DNA of 19,878 nt from NCBI GenBank assembly GCA_040225955.1, contig JBECUL010000041.1, positions 1-19,878 of the forward strand, read 5' to 3'. The notes under the pieces were generated by a model. The model saw only the letters and a list, made by a program, of their open reading frames with translations. It had not been told where the DNA came from and made no database searches. This document shows, one piece after another, positions 1 through 8,565 of the stretch. Source of the stretch: Candidatus Asgardarchaeum abyssi (GTDB lineage Archaea; Asgardarchaeota; Asgardarchaeia; Asgardarchaeales; Asgardarchaeaceae). Both the position numbers and the translations under genes were made by a program. How positions within the stretch are numbered: the first letter of the stretch is position 1; every line of letters begins with the position of its first letter.

Positions 1-2205
1 GAGATCGGTCTCCCAGTCCTTTACTGGTGTGGGAAATTGGGATAGATGAATGCTTTCTCCCTCGTCATGATAACGTTCTAAGTATATTTTCTCCGTGATC
101 ATAGGGATTATCGGAGCTAACAGTTTTAAAACAGTTTTCAGAACGGTATGGAGAGTGTACCAAGCTGCATTTTGCTCTTTTTTTTCTTTTTTTCCATTTC
201 TATTATAGGCTCTTGGTTTAACCATTTCTATATAGTGATCTGCAAAGATGTTCCACACAAAATTTCTAACTTCAACTGCTGGTATGTGGAAGTTGAGATT
301 GTCATATCCACTTTTTGCCTTCTTTATAACCTCATTAAGAAGCCCTAGTATCCATTTATCAGTTGGTTGTAATTCATAAGAACTCTTTTCCTTAGGAATC
401 GAGAATGCTGATATAAAACGTGCGATGTTCCACAATTTGGTTAGGAATTTAAATGCGCCTCGCAATCTATCTTCACTATAACGAATATCCGATCCGAGGC
501 TAGCTTCCAGACATCCAAAGAGACGAAGAGCATCACTTCCGTACTTTTCAATTAATGGTTTAGGCCATACAATATTACCTTTAGATTTATGCATAGCTTC
601 TCCTTTTTCATCAACAACCATTCCACTTATCCAGACATATTTAAATGCAGGTCTATTAGTTAGTTGATATACCCTTAAAAGCGTATAGTATAGCCAAGTT
701 CTAACGATATCCTTACCTTGGGGTCTTAGTACATTTTGAAATGCTTTTCTAAAGAGTTCATCGTCCCTCATGTATCCAATATATTCAATTGCTGTTATAG
801 AGCTATCCATCCAAGTATCAAAAGTCCTCCACTCTCCCTCAAAACCGTCCGTAGATCCACAATATGGGCACTTATCAAAGGGAGGTTTTTCCTTCCAAGG
901 TTGATAATATCTGCCCGGCTCTGGAAGTACGGGCTTTCCGCAATTTTTACAATACCAAATTGGAATCTCTGTTCCATAATATCTTCTTCTACTAATAGGC
1001 CAATCTGTAGAGATAGAGTCTAACCAATTTAGTAAGATCTGTTTTGATTCTGGAGGTAAAAATTTTATTTCATCAGCTATTTTCTTAATATCATCAACAA
1101 AGTCAATCTGCTTAAGATAAAACTCTTTCATAGGAATAAACTCTATGGGGTCTTTAGAACGCCAGCATATTGGAGTTCTCTGTAATATTTTTTCTTGCTT
1201 GATGAGAAGACCTTGTGATTTAAGATCCTCTATAATTCTTCTTCTAGCCTCTTCTACTGTCAGTCCTGCATATTTTCCTGCTTTTTCAGATAGAGTCCCC
1301 TCAGGGGTTATTAAAACAATAGGTTTTAGCTTTAATTCCCTAAATAACCTTACATCTGTATAATCTCCATATGAACAGATCATCGCAGCTCCAGATCCAA
1401 ATTCCATTTTAGCTTCTTTATGGGGTACAATCTTTACTCTCTTATTATAAATTGGAGTTATTGCATACTTACCATGTAGATGTTTATATCTCGAATCGTC
1501 TGGATGAACGATAACTGCAGCGCAAGCAGCAAGCAATTCTGGCCTAGTTGTTGCTATTATAAGATCCTCGTCACTATTCTCTATTTTGAACTTTATATAG
1601 TTCAAATAAGTTTCTCTCTCAATATATTCAACTTCCGCGTCGGCTATTGTTGTTTTGCATCCAGGACACCAGTTATTAGGTCTATAATCCTCGTAAATCA
1701 AACCTCTTTTCCAAAGTTCTATAAATGTGGCTTGTGTAACTGCTCTATACTCTGGGCTATCTGTTCTTATTATGTTATCAAAATTATGACAGCTTAACCC
1801 TAAACGTTTTGCTAATTCAAGAATTTCCTCTTCATATTTATCAAGAAACTCTTTACATAATTGTATGAATTTATCTCTCGGTGTAGAGTGCATAGCAATG
1901 CCGTATGTCTTCTCAACTTGAACTTCTATAGGTAATCCGTTTCTATCAGTTGCCATCGGAAAATGGACTTCATATCCAGACATTCTCATATATCTTGCGA
2001 TCATATCTATTTGAGAATAGTGTATTGCTCCGCCGATATGCCAGGCACCACTACAGTATGGGGGAGGAGTATCTATTGCGAAAACTGGTTTCTTTGTGTC
2101 TTTATTAAACTTAAATATTTTATTTTTAAACCAGTAGTCTATTATTTCCTCCTCTATTTTTGGCGTCCATTGTTTTTCTTTAAGCTTAGAATTAGAAATC
2201 GACAT
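1..2205 (-). CDS. valS: Valyl-tRNA synthetase, archaeal type (3' end beyond the window edge)
   Basis: Manual translation of sampled segments, all in one minus frame from ATG 2205 (SD GGAGTGA upstream): IDTPPPYCSGAWHIGG (HIGH equivalent), DRNGLPIE, DWPISRRRYYGTEIPIWYC, RPQGKDIVRTW, GEAMHKSKGN (KMSKS equivalent), ESIHLSQFP at the edge. Absent from the ORF track, presumably because the stop lies outside the window. Confidence 0.95.
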   Translation of the reverse strand, partial: MSISNSKLKEKQWTPKIEEEIIDYWFKNKIFKFNKDTKKPVFAIDTPPPYCSGAWHIGGAIHYSQIDMIARYMRMSGYEVHFPMATDRNGLPIEVQVEKTYGIAMHSTPRDKFIQLCKEFLDKYEEEILELAKRLGLSCHNFDNIIRTDSPEYRAVTQATFIELWKRGLIYEDYRPNNWCPGCKTTIADAEVEYIERETYLNYIKFKIENSDEDLIIATTRPELLAACAAVIVHPDDSRYKHLHGKYAITPIYNKRVKIVPHKEAKMEFGSGAAMICSYGDYTDVRLFRELKLKPIVLITPEGTLSEKAGKYAGLTVEEARRRIIEDLKSQGLLIKQEKILQRTPICWRSKDPIEFIPMKEFYLKQIDFVDDIKKIADEIKFLPPESKQILLNWLDSISTDWPISRRRYYGTEIPIWYCKNCGKPVLPEPGRYYQPWKEKPPFDKCPYCGSTDGFEGEWRTFDTWMDSSITAIEYIGYMRDDELFRKAFQNVLRPQGKDIVRTWLYYTLLRVYQLTNRPAFKYVWISGMVVDEKGEAMHKSKGNIVWPKPLIEKYGSDALRLFGCLEASLGSDIRYSEDRLRGAFKFLTKLWNIARFISAFSIPKEKSSYELQPTDKWILGLLNEVIKKAKSGYDNLNFHIPAVEVRNFVWNIFADHYIEMVKPRAYNRNGKKEKKEQNAAWYTLHTVLKTVLKLLAPIIPMITEKIYLERYHDEGESIHLSQFPTPVKDWETDL

Positions 2206-2365
2206 GTAACTCACTCCTTTTAACCATAAACTATTATTTTATACAATGTTTAAGAGTTATTTGCCTTATGGAAACATTGGAAGTTAAATCACGAAACACA
2301 TTTAAATCTTTTTTAAGTAAACAACTATTAAATTTTATTTGCAAAAAAATTTAGCTGGTGATTTT

Positions 2366-3727
2366 ATGGACATCACAGAAAAACTAAAAGAAATAAACTC
2401 AAAACTACTTTGGCAGAGAACACATTACTGTGGTGATATAACTCCTGAACTTGATGAAAATGAGGTTGTCTTATATGGATGGGTTCATAGAATCAGGGAT
2501 GTTGGCAAACTTAAGTTTATTCTCTTAAGAGATAGATCTGGAATTATTCAGCTTGTAGTTAAAAAAGGCGAAATTAGCGATTCTGAATTTTCTCAAATTA
2601 AGAAGTTGACACCGGAATCCGCTATAATTGTAAAAGGACATGTTAAGGCAAATCCCAATGTTAAAAAAGGAGTCGAAGTTTTAGTTAATGATCTTAATAT
2701 TGTCAGCCTATCTGCTACACCATTACCTCTTGATGTTACTGAAACCGTTCCTGCTCTTTTTGATACACGTTATGATAATAGACCAATAGATCTAAGAAAA
2801 CCAAGAAATCAAGCCATATTTATGGTAAGGAGTATTCTTGTTAACGCGCTGAGAGAATTTTTCATTAAGAACGGTTTCATAGAGATTCATACACCAAAGA
2901 TAGTAGCTGAGGCAACCGAGGGTGGCGCAAATGTGTTTAGAGTAAAATATTTTGAATATGACGTATACTTAGCTCAAAGTCCTCAACTATATAAGCAGCT
3001 AATGTTAGTTGCTGGATTTGATAAAGTATTTGAAGTAGCTCCCGCTTATAGAGCAGAAGAGCATAATACTCCCAGACATCTTAATGAGTATATAAGTATC
3101 GATGCTGAGATTGCATGGATAAAATCCCATGAAGATGTAATGCAAGTTCTTGAAAATGCTGTTGCATTTGCAATTGACGAAGTTATTAAACATGGTAAAC
3201 AATACCTTGAGCTCTTAGAGGTTGAAGTAACTCGACCAAGTTTGCCATTTAAGAGAGTTACTTACTCTGAAGCACTTGATTTGTTATCAAGTGAGGGTAA
3301 AGAAATACCTTTTGGTGAAGATATAGACACCGAAGGTGAGCGGTTACTTGGAAAAATAATGAAAGAAAAGTACAATGTTGAGTTTTATTTCATTACAGAG
3401 TATCCTGAAGCTATACGGCCATTTTATACTATGCTCAAACCAGAGGATCCCCGTTTAACTAGAAGTTTCGACTTAGATTATAAGGGTTTAGAAATAACCA
3501 CTGGCGGGCAACGTATTCACGATTATGACTTCTTGGTCCAAAGGATAAAAGAGAAGAACTTAAATCCCGATAGTTTTAAGTTTTATACGAAATTCTTTAA
3601 ATATGGAGTTCCTCCTCATGGTGGTTTTGGTCTGGGATTAGAGCGCTTTACAATGCAACTACTAAATTTATCCAACATTAGAGAGGCAACTCTTTTCCCC
3701 AGGACTAGAACTAGGGTAACTCCCTAA
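2366..3727 (+). CDS. aspS: Aspartyl-tRNA synthetase, archaeal/eukaryal type
   Basis: RTHYC..GWVHRIRDVG OB-fold start, ATEGGA, LAQSPQLYKQ, YRAE..HLNEY, GGQRIH, PPHGGFGLGLER. The QSPQLYKQ motif favours Asp over Asn. Start set at ATG 2366 after GGTGA SD. Confidence 0.96.
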   Translation: MDITEKLKEINSKLLWQRTHYCGDITPELDENEVVLYGWVHRIRDVGKLKFILLRDRSGIIQLVVKKGEISDSEFSQIKKLTPESAIIVKGHVKANPNVKKGVEVLVNDLNIVSLSATPLPLDVTETVPALFDTRYDNRPIDLRKPRNQAIFMVRSILVNALREFFIKNGFIEIHTPKIVAEATEGGANVFRVKYFEYDVYLAQSPQLYKQLMLVAGFDKVFEVAPAYRAEEHNTPRHLNEYISIDAEIAWIKSHEDVMQVLENAVAFAIDEVIKHGKQYLELLEVEVTRPSLPFKRVTYSEALDLLSSEGKEIPFGEDIDTEGERLLGKIMKEKYNVEFYFITEYPEAIRPFYTMLKPEDPRLTRSFDLDYKGLEITTGGQRIHDYDFLVQRIKEKNLNPDSFKFYTKFFKYGVPPHGGFGLGLERFTMQLLNLSNIREATLFPRTRTRVTP

Positions 3728-3743
3728 TTAGGAGGCAATTCTT

Positions 3744-6524
3744 ATGTTATCGAAAGATGAGTTGCGAAAAAAGTTTTCAAAAGATTATAAGATTCATTAT
3801 GAGGTTGACTTCTTTAAGCAAGAAGGTTTTATCAGAAAGAAATGTCCCATTTGCAATAGATATTTTTGGACTTTAGATCCTGATAGAGAGGTTTGCGGCG
3901 AACCACCCTGCGAAAGTTACGAATTTATAGGCAATCCTCCAACTAATAAAAAGTTTGATTATATTGAAATGTGGCGATTTTTTGCGGATTATTTTAAAAA
4001 ACGAGGCCATACTGAAATAAAACGATATCCTGTAGTTGCACGTTGGAGAGACGACCTATATTTCACAATAGCTTCCATTAGCAATTTCCAACCATTTGTT
4101 GTGCGAGGTGAGGTTGACCCTCCAGCAAATCCATTAGTAGTCCCTCAAGTTTGCCTAAGGTTTGGTGATCTTTCAAATGTAGGTGTTACTGGTAGACACT
4201 TTACTTCATTTATAATGGGTGGTCAACACGCATTTAACACAAAAGAAAAGACAATTTACTGGAAAAACGAATGTCTTGAAATGAATTTTATATTTCTTAC
4301 AAAATGGCTGGGAATACCAAAGGAAGAAATTGTCGCAAAAGAGGATGTCTGGGTGGGTGGAGGTAATTTTGGTCCGTCAATGGAATATTTTATACGTGGC
4401 CTAGAGGTTGTGAATCAAGTATTCATGCAGTATGAGCAAACACCAGAGGGCCCAAAAGAGCTATCCACTCGTGTTATTGATGTTGGATGGGGCCACGAAC
4501 GGCTAGTGTGGATATCTAATGGGACTCCAACATCATATGAATGCGTTTTTGGTCCTGTTATGGAAAAATTAATCAAGCACGGAAATGTTGATATTGACTG
4601 GGATTTATTTAGTAGGTATGCTAAACTTGCTGGAAGTTTAGACGTTACTGAAATAAAAAACATTAGTAGCACATGGGAAAAAATTGCTAAGCAACTTTCT
4701 GTAGATGTTGATTATCTAAAGTCAACAGTAGCTCCTATGCAAGCTCTCTATGCTATTGGTGATCATGTTAGAACACTGGTCTTTGCTCTAACCGATGGTG
4801 CAATACCTAGTAATGTTGGCGGTGGGTATAATCTCAGAGTCGTATTAAGGAGAGCGTTAAGCTTTCTTGACAAATATAACTTTGACTTTACCTTAGGGGA
4901 TGTTGCATTATGGCATATAGACTACTTAAAAGATTTATTCCCCGAGCTTGAGGAAGCTTACGACGATATTATAAAAATTTTCAATTTGGAAGCTGAGAGA
5001 TTCAGAAAAACATACTCAAGAGCAGTGAATATGATAAAGAATATTCTAAAGAGAAAAAAGGAAATATCGCTTGAAAAATGGCGTGAATTGTATGTAAGTC
5101 ATGGCATTACTCCCGAGATAGTTCAAGAAGTTGCGAACAAAGAGAATATAAAAATAGATATCCCTCCTGATGTCTATAGTGTTATTGCCGAAAAAGATGA
5201 ATCTGTTCCAAAAAGAGAAGAAAAGAAGGCCGAAATAATTATAGATTTGTCTCAAGTTGAAGGTCTACCTCCCACGAAAACTCTTTATTATGAGGATTCC
5301 TATATCAAAGAATTTGACGCCAAGGTGTTAAAAATTTTAGATGGCAATGGCAAAAAATACGTTATTTTAGATAAAACTGCGTTTTATCCTGAAGGAGGAG
5401 GACAGCCAGGAGACACTGGCGAAATAAATGGAAGATCTGTTATTGATACTCAGAAAGTTGGTCAATTAGTTGTTCATATTATGCCAGAGGTTGATTTTTC
5501 TGAAGGTGATATTGTTCATGGTAAAATCGATTGGGAGCGAAGAATTCAACTAATGAGACACCATACAGCAACGCATATACTTTTAGGATCAGCTAGAAAA
5601 GTTCTTGGGAGGCATGTATGGCAGTGGGGATCTCAATTAAACCCTGAAGTGTCACGTCTAGATATAACTCATTATCAGTCGCTTACTTTAGATGAAATAG
5701 AGAAAATAGAACGGCTCATAAATAGAGTTATTATGGAGAATCGTGAAGTGATCACGAAATTTATGGATAGACGAAAGGCAGAAGATACATATGGATTCAG
5801 ACTTTATCAAGGTGGCGTGGTTCCAGGAAAAACCATTCGTGTCCTTGAAGTAAAAGATTGGGATGTAGAGGCATGCGGCGGGACTCACGTCAAAAAAACA
5901 GGAGACATAGGCCTTGTTAGAATAGTCCGTGTAAAAAGAATTCAAGATGGTGTGGTTCGCATTGAATATGCAGTAGGAGAGTCAGCTCTTGATTTTATGA
6001 ATAGAGACAGAAGACTTCTTACTAAAGCAGCTGATATCTTACATGTTGAAACAGAGAAACTTCCTGATACTGTGCTACGATTCTTTAATGAGTGGAAACA
6101 ATATAGAAAGGAATTAGAACGAGCTAGAATTGAATTGGTTAAACTAAAAATTAATCTGCTGCTTCAAAAGAAAAGACTCATTAATGATGTTTACTTTATT
6201 GTAGACTGCGTGGACGTGGTGAATCAAAAAGAGCTTTTAGAGTATGGAAATCAAATTTCTAATATAGTTGACTATCCACTATTCGCAGTCTTGATTACAA
6301 AAATTGACAGATCAATAAGATTCTTAGTAGTAGGCAATTCAGCTTTTTGTGACAAGGGATACTCAATTGAAGTAATTGCTAAAGAAATAGCTAAAATACT
6401 AAGTGGTGGTGCAGGAAAGGTATCATCCACTATATATCAAGGTGGTTCTAAATTAGTTAGTGATATCGATAAAAAAATACGCGAAATATCAGAATATTTG
6501 GAAAATAAAATATTTAGAGTTTAA
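3744..6524 (+). CDS. alaS: Alanyl-tRNA synthetase, archaeal type, with editing domain
   Basis: N-terminal Cys cluster CPIC..FWT..CGEPPC, YPVVARWRDD, FYPEGGGQ, editing motifs HHTATH and CGGTH, RIQDGVVRIE. SD GGAGG upstream. Confidence 0.97.
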   Translation: MLSKDELRKKFSKDYKIHYEVDFFKQEGFIRKKCPICNRYFWTLDPDREVCGEPPCESYEFIGNPPTNKKFDYIEMWRFFADYFKKRGHTEIKRYPVVARWRDDLYFTIASISNFQPFVVRGEVDPPANPLVVPQVCLRFGDLSNVGVTGRHFTSFIMGGQHAFNTKEKTIYWKNECLEMNFIFLTKWLGIPKEEIVAKEDVWVGGGNFGPSMEYFIRGLEVVNQVFMQYEQTPEGPKELSTRVIDVGWGHERLVWISNGTPTSYECVFGPVMEKLIKHGNVDIDWDLFSRYAKLAGSLDVTEIKNISSTWEKIAKQLSVDVDYLKSTVAPMQALYAIGDHVRTLVFALTDGAIPSNVGGGYNLRVVLRRALSFLDKYNFDFTLGDVALWHIDYLKDLFPELEEAYDDIIKIFNLEAERFRKTYSRAVNMIKNILKRKKEISLEKWRELYVSHGITPEIVQEVANKENIKIDIPPDVYSVIAEKDESVPKREEKKAEIIIDLSQVEGLPPTKTLYYEDSYIKEFDAKVLKILDGNGKKYVILDKTAFYPEGGGQPGDTGEINGRSVIDTQKVGQLVVHIMPEVDFSEGDIVHGKIDWERRIQLMRHHTATHILLGSARKVLGRHVWQWGSQLNPEVSRLDITHYQSLTLDEIEKIERLINRVIMENREVITKFMDRRKAEDTYGFRLYQGGVVPGKTIRVLEVKDWDVEACGGTHVKKTGDIGLVRIVRVKRIQDGVVRIEYAVGESALDFMNRDRRLLTKAADILHVETEKLPDTVLRFFNEWKQYRKELERARIELVKLKINLLLQKKRLINDVYFIVDCVDVVNQKELLEYGNQISNIVDYPLFAVLITKIDRSIRFLVVGNSAFCDKGYSIEVIAKEIAKILSGGAGKVSSTIYQGGSKLVSDIDKKIREISEYLENKIFRV

Positions 6525-6801
6525 TTTCTGGTTTTATTTGATGGTAGCTAATCATAACCTCTACTTTTTTTATCCCCATCGCTTGTCTTATATAATCTAA
6601 TGTCTCCCTGAACTCCTCTGGGTTATCCGCTGTAACCTTACACAAAATGTCATATTCCCCGGTTACTTCATGCATTTCAACAACTTTTTCATTTTTTCTT
6701 ATATGTTCATAAGCTGGTTTAATTCTTGATACTGGTTCTACCCTTACAAACACAAAACCTATTATATTTGGTAATTTTTTAGCTCGTCTGGTTCGTCTCA
6801 T
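6514..6801 (-). CDS. Stand-alone Lrp/AsnC ligand-binding (RAM) domain protein (demi-FFRP) with a basic N-terminal tail
   Basis: GFVFVRV...EVTGEYDILCKV RAM signature and no HTH. Own GGTGA SD; ATG directly follows the TAG of the upstream Lrp gene. Confidence 0.85.
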   Translation of the reverse strand: MRRTRRAKKLPNIIGFVFVRVEPVSRIKPAYEHIRKNEKVVEMHEVTGEYDILCKVTADNPEEFRETLDYIRQAMGIKKVEVMISYHQIKPEIKL

Positions 6802-7248
6802 CTATATCACCGGTTTTTCGAAACTGAAAACTTGGATCATAGTCTCTGTTTTCATAACTCCTCTAATTTTACTCATTTTCTCTGTCAGTAAATCCTTTAA
6901 CTCATCGGTACTTGTAGCTACAACATCTAATATGTAATCAAATCTCCCTGTAACCTCAATAACTTTGATAACATTATCTAAGTTTTGAAATTCAGTTCTA
7001 GCATCCGCAGAATGTCTGGGGTCTATAATGACTCCAACTAAGGCTCTAATAGGATATCCTATCTTTGTATAATCTATATCGATTGTAAATTTCTTTATTA
7101 TTCCCTTTTTGATAAGTTTTCTTACTCTATTATATGCCGTTGGTACACTAATTCCTATTTTTGATGCTAGTTTTTCATATGTGCAGCGAGAATCAAGAGA
7201 TAGTTCTCTTAAAATTTTCATATCGATTTCGTCAACCATTTTTCTCAT
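6802..7248 (-). CDS. Lrp/AsnC family transcriptional regulator (HTH + RAM)
   Basis: DEIDMKILREL..DSR..LA..IGIS..T..NRV..L...GII HTH and VTGRFD RAM motif. Start uncertain (GTG 7257, ATG 7248, ATG 7239); 7248 fits the GGTGA SD best. Confidence 0.93.
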   Translation of the reverse strand: MRKMVDEIDMKILRELSLDSRCTYEKLASKIGISVPTAYNRVRKLIKKGIIKKFTIDIDYTKIGYPIRALVGVIIDPRHSADARTEFQNLDNVIKVIEVTGRFDYILDVVATSTDELKDLLTEKMSKIRGVMKTETMIQVFSFEKPVI

Positions 7249-7497
7249 TTTTCTCACCGGGATTTATACTGTTTAATATTTTTTCATTAAGCATTAAAAA
7301 ATTTTTCACTCTATAAATGTTTTTCCTAGTGTAAGTTGTAAAATATCCAATAAAAGTATAAAAATGAGAGAAAACGAACTTCAAGTTTATAATTTAAGTT
7401 TCTTATATAATACTATGGTGATGTTGAAAAATTTTTATTTTTCTCTAAAATATTTTTCAAGAAAATGATAAAGAAAAATCTTCAGCTATATGTATTT

Positions 7498-8565
7498 TTA
7501 AGGTTTTCTAAGCAATTTTAGTAATTCAGTCGGTATTTCTGAGTATTTACTAATCTTAACGAGCTTTCCCTTACCCAGTTTAGCGATTTTTTTGCATACA
7601 TGATTACACCATTCATTATGGCTGGGTAACTGTATTACATGTAATTTTGGATATCTTGTAGCTATTGGTAATGGGTCGGATCCTTTGTTATAACATCCGT
7701 CTGTAATCAAAATTGCCCACCTTCTGGGGTCTTTTATCTTGTTAAGTTCTTTTAACCCTTTTTCTAATGCATCATCTAATCGAGTGTATCCAACCGGCTC
7801 TGTATCCAAAATCGTGTCTATAACCTCTTGTATATTTTCTCTTTCATTCATTTTCTTCAGAACAGTTGCAACATTATTAAATACTATAATTGCGTATCGA
7901 TCATGTCTCATATGGTATGCAAGCGTCGCTGCTGCCAACGCCGCGTTTAATATTTTATCTCCATGCATACTCCCAGATGTGTCTAAAATTAGAACTCCTG
8001 TCTTTCTCTTTCTTTCTCTAATAATAGTTACAATGTCCTCTCTATCTATTACATCTTTTCCTATTATATTCTCAATAGTGTCTTCAATGTCGAATTCGTG
8101 ACTCTCTGGTGTGAATTCTCCTTTCCGTAGAATAGATCCTCTGATTCCTTGACCCGATATTCGTAAAGACATCTTTAATACAGCACTTCTTACAATTCGT
8201 CTGAATAGTTTTCTCTTTGTGGGTAGCATTTCTCCTTTAAGATAAAAGTACAACCGAGGGACAATAGGAGAGCTCATTTGCTCTTTTAACAGTTTGTCAA
8301 AGTCTTTACTTGAGGCAGCTCTAGCAACAGCATGTCTTTTTACTCTTGCTAGGAAGAGAAGAGCCTCCAAATTACCATATCTGATTGCTGTCTCTGCTAA
8401 TTCCTTTACGTCATCAAAATTTAACTCTCTTGAAAGTTTATTTATATCAAATCCAATAGGTTTCTGACCAAGCTTAATTATTTCCTTAAGGATCTCTTTT
8501 TTGGATACTTCTCCAAACAATCTTTTTCTGAAATCATCGGCTCGAAATGCGGGAGCCTCTTTCAT
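7498..8565 (-). CDS. von Willebrand factor A (VWA) domain protein, partner of the MoxR ATPase (CoxE/ChlD-like C-terminal region)
   Basis: MIDAS motif LDTSGSM...GYT...LITDG. Start overlaps the moxR stop (TGATG). Confidence 0.9.
   Translation of the reverse strand: MKEAPAFRADDFRKRLFGEVSKKEILKEIIKLGQKPIGFDINKLSRELNFDDVKELAETAIRYGNLEALLFLARVKRHAVARAASSKDFDKLLKEQMSSPIVPRLYFYLKGEMLPTKRKLFRRIVRSAVLKMSLRISGQGIRGSILRKGEFTPESHEFDIEDTIENIIGKDVIDREDIVTIIRERKRKTGVLILDTSGSMHGDKILNAALAAATLAYHMRHDRYAIIVFNNVATVLKKMNERENIQEVIDTILDTEPVGYTRLDDALEKGLKELNKIKDPRRWAILITDGCYNKGSDPLPIATRYPKLHVIQLPSHNEWCNHVCKKIAKLGKGKLVKISKYSEIPTELLKLLRKP

Noticed and set aside
148-2223. Short ORF-track entries over 1-2223 (66, 95, 60, 72, 105, 86 aa)
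   Set aside because: Shadow frames of the valS gene on the minus strand.
2266-2300. TGGAAAC/GAAAC motifs as origin recognition boxes
   Set aside because: No full ORB palindrome or G-string, and no orc1/cdc6 gene in the window.
6514-7257. Amber read-through (pyrrolysine-like) fusing Lrp and RAM into one protein, since TAG-ATG are in frame
   Set aside because: The downstream gene has its own GGTGA SD and ATG, and no pyl genes are visible. Translational coupling is the simpler explanation.
7237-7257. 9-nt tandem repeat (GTG/ATG-AGAAAA) at the Lrp start
   Set aside because: Only about two copies; it just makes the start codon ambiguous.
7415-7468. Tiny plus-strand ORF MVMLKNFYFSLKYFSRK as a leader peptide
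   Set aside because: No downstream co-directional gene, and the composition is explained by the A/T tracts.
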